The position numbers and the translations under genes were made by a program. From IMG/VR virus record IMGVR_UViG_3300048088_000314, positions 1 through 64,000 of that record: DNA of 64,000 nucleotides; one strand, given 5' to 3'. Positions 34,801-46,600 of this stretch are shown one piece after another; position 1 is the first letter of the stretch, and each line of letters begins with the position of its first letter. The notes beneath the pieces are model-generated. The model did not search any database and was not told the origin of the DNA. It saw only the letters and a program-made list of their open reading frames with translations. This DNA is from a virus.

Positions 34801-37672
34801 GCCATCCGCGCCATTGGCGCCGGCGCCGGTTTTCCCGGATACGGGCGGCTCAGGCACCATGGATATCCTGCAGGCGCATCAGGCTGTCTCAGATGCGCTC
34901 GACCAGGCGGGGCCTCGGAAACACGCTGTCGAGGCACCCGGGATCCCGCCGACTATTCCACCGGCGGTCAGTCCGGATACGGCGATAATGCTGCAGGCGC
35001 ACGACGACGAAGGCAACGCGATCGACACCACGCCCGAACCGACTCCGCGCGGAGTCGAACCGCCGACACCAGAACTGCGCGCAACCCCAACCTCACCGCG
35101 TAATGAACAGGTATCGCAGGCGACCCAGGACGTTCTCCGGGAGCACGGCGAGATGCCGAGCGAGCCGTTCTATGGACGCGCCATCCCGTTCAGCCAGTTG
35201 CCCGAGCGCGGCGGTGGACCGCCAGTCCAGTACGGCATGCCGAGCGAAGGGCGCGGCGGAATTGGCATGCCGAGCGAGGCTGCCGTTCCGGTCACTCCTA
35301 CGGGAATCAAGGGCGGAATCGGCACCGACTATGTCGAGCCGCCACCGCCGGATTGGACCCAGCCGGAGTATTGGACCCGGCAGCGCTACGAGCAGTGGAA
35401 CCCGGCGACTCAGCCGGTGCCGTCCGCGCCCGCCGCTCCAACGCCGATGCCGCAGAGGCCTGTCGTCGCTACAGAAGGCCCGATGCCGCAGAGACAGGTC
35501 ACCCCGCCTGCTACCGCAGAAGCGCCGGCAGCAGCGCCCGAAGCGCCAGCGGTCACGACGCCGACGACGGTATCGGCGGCGACCAAGCCAGACCTGTTCG
35601 CGCCAGCGCCGACAACGGCGGCTGCGCCAGCGACGGCTCCCGCCGCAGCGCCGGAGGTCTGGGGCGACTCACTTGGAGTCGGCGTCCACAACGTCCTCAA
35701 GAGCCCAGGCGGCTACCAGCATGGCGGCGACGATCCAAAGACGGTTTTCGGCGAGATCAGGAAGCAGCCAGAAAACCATTGGCAGGGCAAGGACGTGATC
35801 CTGTCGAGCGGCACCAACGGCAACGACATGCCGACCGTCCTCGAGACGATGAATTATCTCAAGGGACACGGCGCCAACGTCGCGGTCATTGGCTATGGTT
35901 CGAAGTACGCCGACAGGGACGCGCAGCTTCAGCAGTACGCCAAGGATGCCGGCGTTGCCTATGTCAAGGCGGGAGTCAATGACGGCACCCACATGAGCCC
36001 GGGTGGCTATGCGGACGCCACGGCGCGGGCCCAGCAGGCGCTCGCGACTTCTCGGGCTCCGAGAGCCATGGCTGATGGCGATGTCTATGCGTCCGATCCC
36101 AAGTCGCCGAACTCTGGCGCGGTCATCCCGAGCACCCCGACGCCAGCCGCGCCGGATGCGCGCAAATCTGCCGCGCAAACGAACGCGAAAACCGCTATCG
36201 ACACAATGGCGGGGCTCGGCGGCAGCAAGGTATTCCAGGCCGCAGGCCTTACCCATGCCATGTACGAGGGCGGGTTCGCTGACAATTGGGTGTTGAGCGG
36301 TATCCCCGGCGAGGACAGTCGCGGTCATTTGCAATTCAACGCGAACGGGCAGCGTCCGCTTTACGAGCGATGGCTGGCGGCTAACGGGAAACCTGTGGAT
36401 TCGCACAGCACGGCTGATCAGTTCGCCTACATGACCCAGTGGGTGAAGACGCATCATCCGGAGGCGTTGACGACCAATGATCCGCGGGTGGCGATGGATG
36501 CCATCGGCGATTTCGAGCACTATACGGGATACGCGCCGGGCCAGGGCCAGCGGATGGGGAATTACCCAATCGCGGAGAAGATGGTCAACGGCGATCTCAG
36601 CGTGACCCCGAGCGGGCCGATCGGCGGCACCCGCGGTGGTGGAGGCGCCGGTGGTGGCGCCGCGGGCGCAGGAACGGGGGCGAACCCCAACGCCCCTCCC
36701 GCAACGCCGGAGAACGTCAGCAACGCCGCCCGGCAACTCTCCGCCCAGGCTCCGCCGCACGAGCGCAACGCCCTTTACACGTGGCTGCACAGCCCCGGCG
36801 GGATGCTGTTTATGATCGGCGCCGGCATGCTCGCCTCCGGATCGCCGTACCCCGGCGTCGCGCTGGGCCAGGGTCTCGAGTTCGCGGCCAAGGGGCTGAT
36901 GACGGGCGAGGCCCAGGAGAACAAGAACGAGCTCGCCGAGATCCGCGCCGAGCACTACCGCGAGATGGCGGATGCAGCCGCGGGTAAGCTGGGCCTGACC
37001 CAGCAACTCGGCGAGGGCCGGCTGGCGAACCAGCAGACGCAACTCCAGTTGACCGCTGAGCGTCTGGCCAATTCGCAGCAGGTCGCGCAGAACAACATCC
37101 TCATCGCGACCCAGAAACTCGACTTGGCCAAGAGCGCGGAGGAGCGTCGACTGGCCGAGGGACAGCGCCGCGATGCGATCAAGATGATGATCGGCCTCCA
37201 GCCGAAGGGTGAGATGGCGATCCTCCAGGCAGTGATGGATCAGCCGAATGGACCCAAGACGATCCCCGAGGCTGAGGCGGCGATTGCCGCGGCGAAGCGT
37301 GATCCTTCCAAGGCACAGGGGGTCCAGGTCGCGATCGAGGCCGAGGCGCGCAAGCGAGCCTCCCTCGATCTGCAGGCGCACAATGCCGACCCGACCAACA
37401 TCGGGCGCACCTTCGATACCCAGGCCGCGACCAAGCAGCACCTGGACGAGCTCCGGGCGACATTGGGGGCGACTGCGGCGCCCGCGGCACCCGCTCCGGC
37501 CGCTCCCGCTGCAGCGCCGCAAGGGGCGCCCGCAGCGCAAGGTGCAAAGCCCGATTGGGCAGTCCCCGTCCTGGGCGATCAGCATTACCTGGATGGCAAG
37601 CCGATATTCACTGACGGAAGGGCGTGGTATTTCGGCGATCACACGCCGGCGGGAGCCGCCGCAACCCAGTAA
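31868..37672 (+). CDS. large internal virion/ejection protein with SGNH-hydrolase and lysozyme-like domains
   Basis: Q-rich N-terminus with GAYGGDR; WGDSL/GTN/DGTH; AAGL..YEGG..GHLQF..DQFAYM. Confidence 0.75.
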   Translation: MSSQGATTTTSSAPPPQVMQNYTQLTGAATGVAQQPLNLYTAPVVAGFTPQQQQAFQDVQNASGIQTPYINAAAQEYATATTPLWPTLPTFGTGSVNTYLNPYTTDVTNQLTNLYDQQNAQAAAQLAGQSTTAGAYGGDREAVAQGIQTQQEQMAQAPTLAQVQQQGYQQAVNEFNNQQATQLAAEQANSWLASQAGFGLAGLGSQAQSAALQGASAEMQAGAAQQALAQQQLNVPYQQYQQTQAYPYQQLSFLTPIVEGTGSLSGGTGSTTQPPPSMLGQVAGAATAGAGLINAFPSSPSYPPVDYATNPTGGFARGGRLGFADGGGIGSGGLNLPGSPSGGIGTLNFPDLSISFIPPPPTSAGGKSMFNPTQPDVTTTTSGGGGGILGAVGPLLTIAKFVVPLIGAKDGGAMREHRAAGGTGGIGDYTSLATPALPVPTLELPWLKMMQHQQGSHMGAGPPKAPTPGAAPDPMKGVQDLGGAVGSLGKLFNSDSTGGDYGGGGDSTTTGKSGGGAIGRAHYQTGGPGPTSVPTSVMAQFGGAPPNVQSQLQQLLQLPLAQLQEMAVQYPPTTSQGQMIAQAIAQKQATPGSGTAPQTPAPQQPFVGLGGSGGSTGGTASLATSPESYGGTSHLASGGQAEAADTRGYVTPEELDPRPVVDHSGSTVKVNYPSEGKSLDLGLPPIRPERRAAGGSAGAAMPVVPHVSLSGGEWAPVPTSDASAPAHLPITGPANNAPLGGTQQAGENNTSPAAFFTSSMPTANGVAIPQLSNQMFGPVQGVTPGSGLPGWYAPLPQQTVFGTGPGGSTIFPTSTAFTPAMAPITSVYGGSVPTWAGGSSAPAPATGGTMTQDQIDQMNAATTAANYAQAASGYKRGGRFGEGGGIGGSRPFRGHFDEGGDLNPGDELPIPSAPVDAGYVDAGVAGSGAGPGTLDLLQEREAEDRVRADRALAKITASAEGKGGIGKSVTGHPMLMREPSAPLAPAPVFPDTGGSGTMDILQAHQAVSDALDQAGPRKHAVEAPGIPPTIPPAVSPDTAIMLQAHDDEGNAIDTTPEPTPRGVEPPTPELRATPTSPRNEQVSQATQDVLREHGEMPSEPFYGRAIPFSQLPERGGGPPVQYGMPSEGRGGIGMPSEAAVPVTPTGIKGGIGTDYVEPPPPDWTQPEYWTRQRYEQWNPATQPVPSAPAAPTPMPQRPVVATEGPMPQRQVTPPATAEAPAAAPEAPAVTTPTTVSAATKPDLFAPAPTTAAAPATAPAAAPEVWGDSLGVGVHNVLKSPGGYQHGGDDPKTVFGEIRKQPENHWQGKDVILSSGTNGNDMPTVLETMNYLKGHGANVAVIGYGSKYADRDAQLQQYAKDAGVAYVKAGVNDGTHMSPGGYADATARAQQALATSRAPRAMADGDVYASDPKSPNSGAVIPSTPTPAAPDARKSAAQTNAKTAIDTMAGLGGSKVFQAAGLTHAMYEGGFADNWVLSGIPGEDSRGHLQFNANGQRPLYERWLAANGKPVDSHSTADQFAYMTQWVKTHHPEALTTNDPRVAMDAIGDFEHYTGYAPGQGQRMGNYPIAEKMVNGDLSVTPSGPIGGTRGGGGAGGGAAGAGTGANPNAPPATPENVSNAARQLSAQAPPHERNALYTWLHSPGGMLFMIGAGMLASGSPYPGVALGQGLEFAAKGLMTGEAQENKNELAEIRAEHYREMADAAAGKLGLTQQLGEGRLANQQTQLQLTAERLANSQQVAQNNILIATQKLDLAKSAEERRLAEGQRRDAIKMMIGLQPKGEMAILQAVMDQPNGPKTIPEAEAAIAAAKRDPSKAQGVQVAIEAEARKRASLDLQAHNADPTNIGRTFDTQAATKQHLDELRATLGATAAPAAPAPAAPAAAPQGAPAAQGAKPDWAVPVLGDQHYLDGKPIFTDGRAWYFGDHTPAGAAATQ

Positions 37673-37686
37673 TCAAAGGTTAGAGT

Positions 37687-40600
37687 ATGCTGCGTGACGG
37701 AGGCAGACCGGGGTTTGCGGAAGGTGGCGACTCTGGCGACCAAGTCATCCCGTCTGACTTGCCGCCTCCGCCGCCCGGCGCGACCACAGAGCCGCCGCAG
37801 GAACTGCCGCCGCTTCCAGCCGGCGCGACGCTTACGCCGCCTCCGCCGCCACCAGGCGCGACGACCACGCCGCCGTCACTCTTTGCCAAAGATAAACCCC
37901 TGGTTCCCAAAACCCAGGACGACATCAGAACCTCGGCGCCGGGATCTTGGATCAAGGATCCTCTAACGGGGGCGCTTTATCAAAAGCCTGTTCCTGCGCC
38001 TGCCGAAAAAGCGCCAGCACCAAAGCTGGATTTCCGCGGTCTTACCCCCGAGCCAACGCCAAGTGTCATGGGCGCGGCGGGGCGCGGTTTTGAGCGGGGT
38101 GTTGGCCCCGCCGCTGGTGGATTCGTCGGTGCTGGCGCACTCGGAGAGGCGGGTGCCATTGGAGGCGCAGCCGTTGCCGGACCTCCCGGCGCTTTGGTTG
38201 GTGGCATAGCTGGGGCGCTTACGGGCGCTCTGGGTGGCGGCTACGCTGTTGGCGCCGCCCAGAATTGGTTACTCAAACAATTGCCGGACAGCGTTCAGCG
38301 ATGGCTCGGGCAAAGCGATGAGCAGCAGGCGGCTGATGTCGAGGCACATGGTATCCCGGCAGAATTGGGCGAGTTTCTCCCAAACTTGATCGCCGCGCCA
38401 CCACGTCTCGCTGCCGCGGCCATTCGTGAAGGGGCCGGAGCAGTCGAGCGATTGCTGACGAGTCGATTTGGTGCGCCAGTGACGGGTGCCGCGATCATGG
38501 GCGGCCAAAGTGTGGCACAACAGGAACTCGCGAAAGGCGAAATCAGTCCAAAGGAAACAGCGATTGCGGCAGGCGAAGGCCTGTTGATGGGGCACCCGAG
38601 CCCGATTGGTGAGCGACTTCTGAGTGCGGGCGCGAGGCCGGTTCGAGCAATCACCGGGAGAGGAGAGCCGACACCGGGCGGAGAGGGCGGTGGTGCCGGT
38701 CAGGAAGGTGGCGCACCGCCTCCCGCTCTCGGCGAGGTCATGGGCATCCCCATGGGCGACAACAACGTGCAGCGCATGACGGTTTCCCGGGTCACCCCGG
38801 AAGGCGATGTGGTGCTTGTCGACCAAGCGGGGCTGGCTCATCCTATGACGGCGGCGGATGTAGCCCGCCTGCGCACCGAGCCACCTCCCGAGGAAGCCGC
38901 GCCGAGTGCCGAGACGCCACCGCCCCCAGGGACGCCGCCAGCAGGCGAAGCGCCCCCCCCCGAAGGTGAGACTCGCCCGCCGCCAGCGGGTGCCGCGGGC
39001 GTAACGCCCAGCTTCGACATCTTCCCACCGGACGAACTGCCGCCAGCACCGCCGGGGGCGACAAGAGAACCCCCGCCCGCTGAACCGCCGCCGGCAGCCG
39101 CGCCAGCCGCTCAAGTAGCCGCCGCAGATCAGGCCGCTGCTGCGGAGCGCGCAGCGACCGCCGCACAGGCACCGGCGCAGCCCGGCGAACTCGACCAGCG
39201 CATCGCCGCGGATCAGGCCGACGTTGCCGCGGCGCAGGCCGGCGCTGCGGAGCCGGCACCTGCTGCTGCTCCAGCCGCAGCCCCGGCGCTACCGGACGGC
39301 TATCGGATCGAGCCCTTCGAGGGCGCCACCGTTACCGGCAACCCGGTAACGCGCTACCGCTTGATCGGGCCGTCTGGGAACATGATGGCCGAGGGCGGCA
39401 ATCTCACGGAATTGGCCGCTCATGCCCGGCGGGTAGCGGCGATCCGCGCCGCGCCGACTCCGCGCGGAGTCGAGCCGGCTCCCGAGCAAGCGCCACCCGC
39501 TCCCGAGCCAGCGGCGGCACCAGAAGCCCGCCCAGCGCAGGAAGCGCCGCCGCCCCCTGTTGCGGCACCCGAGCCGGTTGAGGCCGCTCCCGCGCCCCCA
39601 GAGCCGGCCGCCGCTACACCGGAAGCGGAGAATGGCGGCTACAAAGTTGTATCCCGGAATAATGGCATTCGAGAGTTCTGGTGGATACAGCGACCGGATG
39701 GTTCGCTTGTCGGGCCAGGAAGATCAGGAACGGCAGTCGAGACCCGCGAAGAAGCCGAATGGGCTCTGCCCTACTATGTTGAGGCTGGCAAGTTGATTGC
39801 TGCCAAGACTTCGCCGCCAGAGCCTGTCGCGCCAGCCGCCGCCGAGCCAGCCAACACGCCAGTCGTCACCCAGGAGAAGCACACCAAGACCGGCGCTGAC
39901 CTGTGGTTCGTCCGCTTCCCCGAGAAGACGACGGGGCTGGGGCCGCTGGCGCGCTCGCTCAAGGGGTATTGGTCGGCCTTCCGCGGCGGCGGCATGCAGC
40001 CGGGCTGGGCCTTCAAGAGCCTTGAAGCTGCCAACGAGTTCGCTACCCGGGCACGGTTGCCTGGCGAAAAGCCGACGCCAATCCCGGAGGGCGCAGCACC
40101 ACCGGCGGTAGAGACGACGCCAGAGTCATCGCCGGCTCAGCCCGAAGCCGCGACACCGCCGGCCGCTCTGGCCTATGTTTCGACGCTACGTGATCCCGCG
40201 CGGCGCGAGTACGCGACGCAATACCTCCGGTATCTCCTGGGACGCCGCGACGAACCGGATACCGATCTCTCGCCGATGGCGCAGCAGGGCATCAGGCTGC
40301 GTCTCGATGAGTTGGCTGGAAGCCGCGCCGGGCCGGCAGGTGAGCCGATGCCGCCGAGCGGCGAGCGCCCCGCTGCGCCGCCATCACCGTTCGACGCTTG
40401 GGCCGACGAGGTTTTCAAGGTTTACCAAGAGCAGGGGTCGGAAGCCGCAAACACCCTCTTTGATACGATCGCCACGCGCGAGAATCTGTCGGTGGAGCAA
40501 TGGTCCCAGATTTCTCAGCAGGTGCGCGACCGCGTCGAGGCGGCCAGCCTCCCGTGGGGAAAGGGAGTGAATTACGTCCCGCCAGAGCGGCCTGTTGAAA

Positions 40601-43600
40601 CGCCGGCCGGTCCACGGCCTGTCGAGGATGCAGCGGCTACGGAGCGCCGCAACTTCGTAGACGCTCTGAATTTGACGAACAGCGTCGAAAGAAACGGTGC
40701 CCGCTACTCGATTGAGAACCAGGATGGACGATTCCGCGGGGTCGTCGGCGGAGAGGGGCTAACCCCGGCATACATCGGGGAGTGGACTCCGAACCGAGGC
40801 AGCGCAATACAGGCGGCGCGAGATTATGCTTTCAGGGCAGAAACGCCGGAGCCACCGCGCGCCGAACCTATCGCCGAGACGCGCGCAGAGGCGGAACGTG
40901 CAGAGCCAGCCCCGCGGGAAGAGCCGGCCGCGCCGCGCGCCGAGGCCAAGCCTGCCGTTACGCCCGCCGCCGGCACCCCCATGTGGGCGCACATCGGAAA
41001 GAATTATCTCGACCGCGACCTCTACCGCGACAAGAACGGCGTGCGGTCCTACGTCGATGACAACGGTATCCGCCACACCGAGCCGGTCCAGATCATCCCG
41101 ACCCGTGGCGGCATGCGCTACAGCACCGCGGAGCCGCTCAACAAGGATCCGGAGTGGCAGGTCGCCCAGCCGCGCGACGCTTACGAGGACGAGCACGGCC
41201 TCCCGATCGAGAAGGAATACTACCGGAAGGAGCCGGAGAACCTGGAACAGAGGATCGCGCGGCAGCTTGAGAACGCCCGCGAGGTCACCGAAGCCAACCC
41301 GACAAGAGCAGAGATCGAGGCCGGCAACTACCCGAAGGGCCGGGTCAACTTCTACGGTATTCCCTTCGTCATGGAGAACGCACGCGGTGCGCTGCGTGAA
41401 GGTATCGACGAACATGGCGAGCCATGGGAATCCCAATTGGCTGCCGATTATGGCTACATCTCGCGCACCGTTGGGGCGGAGGGCACCGATAACGTCGATG
41501 CGTTCATCGGCCCTGACCTGGGGAGCCAACAGGCCTTTGTGATCGACCAGTTCGACCCGGACGACGGGTTTGACGAACACAAGGTGATGCTCGGCTACAA
41601 GGACTGGCCGGCGGCGCGCGACGCCTATCTCGATTCGTTCTCCGATGGCCGCGGTGGCGAACGCCTCGGCAACTACACGCCGATGTCGCTCGACCAACTC
41701 AAGGCATGGCTGGACACCGGCGACACCCGCAACCCGATCGGCCAACAGGCCTTGCCGCTTGGACGAGAGGAGCCGACCCGTGGAGTTCAAAACGCCGTAC
41801 CTCCTGGCGATGAGGGAGAGAGACCCGCAACTGTTCAACGCCCTGCGGAGGAACGGGGAAATGAACCGGCACCTGCAGCAGAAGAGCGAGCAGGCGCACC
41901 AACTCCTCGAGGAGATCTTGAAGCACGATCCGAAGCCATCCTTGCCGAAGATGAGGGAGGCGGAGGAGATCGTGCTGGCGACGCTGATCGAGTTCCCGGC
42001 GGACAACGAGAGGGAGCCGAGCCAGGAGCCGCCGCAGGACCTGCCGACACATCCGGGGCAATTCGGCCGCCGACGCGGGAGATAGACCTCGAGCCGGGCA
42101 AGGAGGTTGGCGTTCCGTCTCAGGCGGGGCGCGTGGTGGATTGGGAGGTCAAGGGCACCAACTTCCCGCTGACCGCCGAGGCTATCTCCGAGAACCGCTC
42201 ACCGCTTGCCAAGGCGCGCGACAACCTTGCCGCGATCGAACTGGCGAAGCGCCTCGTCGCCGAGAAACGCCCGGCGACCCGCGCAGAACAGGCGCTGCTC
42301 GCCCGCTATGTCGGCTGGGGTGGAGTCTCCGGTGCGTTCAAGGACAGGGCTGGCAATTTCCGCAAAGGGTTCGAGGATGTTGGCCAGCGCTTAGCGCAGG
42401 TGCTGACCAAGCCGGAATACGACGCCGCGGCGCAGTCAACGCTGTATGCCCACTACACTAGCGAGCCAGTCATTAAGGCCATGTGGTCGGCGATGCAGCG
42501 TATGGGGTTCAAGGGCGGGAGCGTGTTCGAGCCGGGCATGGGCATCGGCCACTTCCTCGGGTTCATGCCGCCCGACATAGCGCAGACGTCACGGTATCAC
42601 GGGCTCGAGATCGACCCGATGACCGCGACGATCGCCAAGCTGCTCTACCCGGAGTCGGGCATTAGGCAAGCTGACTTCAAGAGCACGCCCTATCCCGAGA
42701 ATGTGTTTGATATCGCGATCGGCAATCCGCCGTTCCACGATGTCGTCGTCCAGAGCGACCCCAAGTATCGTGCGCGCGGCTTTGTGCTGCACGACTACTT
42801 CTTTGCCAAGAGCCTCGACAGCGTGCGCCCCGGTGGGTTGCTGGGCTTCATCACCAGCGCCGGCACGATGAACAAGCTCGACACCAAGGCGCGGAAATAT
42901 CTCGCCGACCGGGCGGAGTTCGTCGGCGGGGTGCGCATGCCGTCGTCGACTTTCGCGCGCTCAGCCAATACCGAAGTCACCACCGACATCTTGTTCTTCA
43001 AGAAGCGGGGGCAGATCCTCGACCATGCCGAGAACGAGTTGCCCGAATGGACCCAGACGGTGCAGCGCGACCTGCCGAACCGCGCCGGCGAGATTATGGG
43101 GGCGAACGTCAATCGCTATTTCAGCGAGCATCCCGAACAGGTCCTCGGTGAAGAGGGGATGTTCGACAAGCTGGTTGCCGGCGAGCGCTATGCGGTGCGA
43201 CCGACCCCGGGGATGGACGTTCCTGCCGCGCTGAATGAGGCATTGGCGCGGCTCCCTGAGAACATAATGACCGAGGCCCCGTCGCCGAAGGAACTCGCCG
43301 AACTCGATTTCTCCCGCGACGAGCGTAAGGACGGCAGCTTCTACGAAGCGCCGGACGGCACGCTGATGCAGTATCGCGACGGCGCTGGCCGCCCGGTGGC
43401 ACGGCGCGGCGCCGGTGTCGAGGGTGGCCGGACCTCCGCTGAGATGAAACTGATCCGGGAGCTTGTCCCGATCCGTGACGCGATGCGGGCGGTCTATCGT
43501 GCCGATCTGGGGGGCGGCGAGGAAGCCATCGCCGCGCGCACCGAGTTTAACCGGGTCTACGACGAGTTCGTTTCCCGCCGCGGCCCGCTCAACAAGACCG

Positions 43601-46600
43601 AGTATTCCTACCGTAGACCGACCCCGGCACAGCTTGAGAATCTGCGCTCCGAGGCTCGCGAGGACGCGCGTGACCTGGGTCGCGAGTTTGACGAGGGCGA
43701 TTTCGACGCCCGGCCGCTTATCGAAAAAAAGGCCTCGGCAGCGGCCATCGCGTCAGCCCGCCAGGAAGCGCGCAACCGTGCCGCAGCCGAGGGGCGTGAG
43801 TTCAACGAAGGGACGTTCGACCCGGCGGATGTTCCCGACATCACCATCCCCAAGAAGGAAAACCTCGACGCTTTCAGCCAGGACCCCGAGCACCATCGCC
43901 TTGCGGCGATCGAGCAATACGACGACCGCACTGGCGTCGCGACGAAGCGCACGATCTTCTTCGAGAACCCGCTCGACGTCCGGCCCGAGCCGCAAGTCAA
44001 TTCGGCCAACGACGGTGTGCTGTGGTCCCTCAACCAGCATGGCAAACTTGACCTCGACCAGATCGCCGAGAAGCTGGGAAAGTCGCGCGATGACGTGATC
44101 AAGGAACTGGGTGACAGCGTCTATCGGGTTCCCGGCACCGACGAAACCTACCAGACCGCCGACGAATATCTGTCGGGCGACGTGGTCTCAAAGCTGGAAG
44201 AGGCCCGCGCAGCGCTCGAGAGCGATCCGAAGGTACAGCGCAACGTCGAAGCGTTGGAGAAGGTCCAGCCCGCGCCGATCTCGCCTGCGGACATTTCGAT
44301 CCGCCTTGGTATGCCGTGGATGGGGACCAAGGAAGTCGGCGACTTCATGCGCGAAGGGCTCAACCTGGGGGGCGGCGCAGAGGCACGCTATCTGCCGGCG
44401 CTGGGTCGTTGGATCGTCGGCCTGGGCGGTGATTATGGCGATGGCCGCGCGGAATGGTCGACCCTGCGCATGAACGCAGAGGACCTCCTTACCCACGCCC
44501 TCAATCGCACGGCACCGAAGGTATTTGACCCCGGGGAAAAGAAGGGCTCCCGAGTTCTCAACGAGGACGCCACCCAGGCAGCGCAGGATAAAGTCCAGGC
44601 GATGCACGAGGCGTTCGAGCGCTACGTCTACGGCAATGGCAGTCCCGAACAGATCGAGCGGCTCGACCGCATCGCCGCGCTCTATAACGACCGCCACAAC
44701 CGCGAAGTCATGCGGCAGTGGAATGGCGACTACCTGACGACGCCGGGTATCGCCAAGGGCTGGTCATGGCGCCCCCATCAGCTTCGCGCTATCGCCCGTA
44801 TCATCCAGAGCGGAAACACGTACATCGCGCACGCGGTCGGCGCCGGCAAAACGTCGGTCGCGATCGGCGCGGCGATGGAGATGCGCCGGCTGGGGCTCGT
44901 CCGCAAGCCGATGATCGTGGTCCCGAACCACATGCTCGGCCAATTCGCCAAGGAGTGGTACGAGCAGTACCCCACGGCCCGTCTGATGATCGCCGACGAG
45001 CAGCGGTTCCACACCGACCGCCGGCGCCAGTTCGTCGCCGACGTGGCGCAGCAAGACCTCGACGGGGTGGTGATCACCAACTCCGCCTTTAAGAAGCTGG
45101 CTGTCTCCAAGGAGTACGAGGCCAAGCTGATCCAGGACGAGATCGCCCAACTCGACGAGGCGATGGAAGGGCTGGGGCAGGATCCAACCAAACTCACGAG
45201 TGTCAGCGCCGGAGCGCGCGACAACATGAGCACGGTCAAAAAGCTCCAATCCAAAAAACTGAAAATGGAGGAGCGGCTCCGAGGCGCCACCGCGACCGAC
45301 GTTGATCAGACGCACACCTTCGAGGAACTCGGCGTCGATTTCATGTTCGTTGACGAGGCGCATCAGTTCCGCAAACTGGCCTTCGCCTCGCAGATGTCCG
45401 TGAAGGGAATCTCGCAGGAAGGCTCGGACATGGCGTGGGACCTCTACGCCAAGACCCGTTACCTCGACGAGCAGAACCCGGGCCGCTCCCTGGTGATGAT
45501 GTCGGGCACGCCGGTCACCAACACGATCGGCGAACTCTACTCTCTCAGCCGCTACATGCAGCGCGCGGAATTGGAGAAGCAGGGCATCCCGTCCTTTGAT
45601 GCCTGGGCTCAAACCTATGGCCGCGAAGCGACCGAACTCGAGCAGACGGCACAGGGCACCTATGAGCCGGTGACCCGGTTCTCCAAGATCGTCAACGCCC
45701 CCGAGCTCTATAAGATGGTCGGGCAGGTGATGGACGTGGTGACGCCGAACGAACTATCGCAATACGTCATCCGCCCCGCACTGGATAACGGCCAGCGCAC
45801 GACGCATCTGGCCGAGCGCTCGATGTGGCTCGACAACTTCCAGGAAGAACTCGGGGATCGCGTGCGGGCGATTCGCAGCCGGAAGGGTCCGCCGTCGAAG
45901 GGCGACGATATCCTGTTGTCGGTCATCAACGATGGGCGCCTGGGGGCGATCGACCCGCGGTTCATCGATCCGTCCTACGGGACGGGGAATGCGCCGTCGA
46001 ACACGCCGAGCAAGCTGGACACGATGATCGACAATGTTCATCGCATCTGGCGCGATACAGCGAACCAGCCCTTCTACGAACCCGGCACCGGCAAGGAGTT
46101 GTTCCGCGGGCCGGCAACCCAACTGGTGTTCTCGAATCTCGGTATCCAGGGCCGCGATGGCGGGTTCTCCGGCTATCAGCACATGAGGCGGGAGTTGATC
46201 CGTCGCGGCGTGCCCGCGAGCGAGATTTCCTTCGTCAAGGACTTCGATGGCAAACCCTCGGAGAAGCAGCGGCTATTCAACGACATGAATGCGGGCAAGA
46301 CCCGTATCCTGATCGGTTCGACCCAGAAGATGGGCACCGGCCTCAACGTGCAGCGCCGACTGGTGGCGGTGCACAATCTTGACCCGCTGTGGTTCCCGGC
46401 GGACGACGAGCAGCGGGTCGGCCGCATCCTGCGCCAGGGCAATCTCAACCCGACGATCCAGGTGCACGACTACTCGACTAAGGGCACCTACGACTCCACC
46501 ATGTGGGGGATGATGGGCCGCAAAGGGCGGTTCATCGAGCAGTTCTTCCGCGGGGATCCTAACCTCCGAGAGATCGAGGACCTGGGCGAGGCCAGCGTCT

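Noticed and set aside
35669-37642. 657-aa antisense ORF and similar long minus-strand ORFs over the large genes
   Set aside because: Typical shadow ORFs of high-GC coding sequence, with no recognisable motifs.
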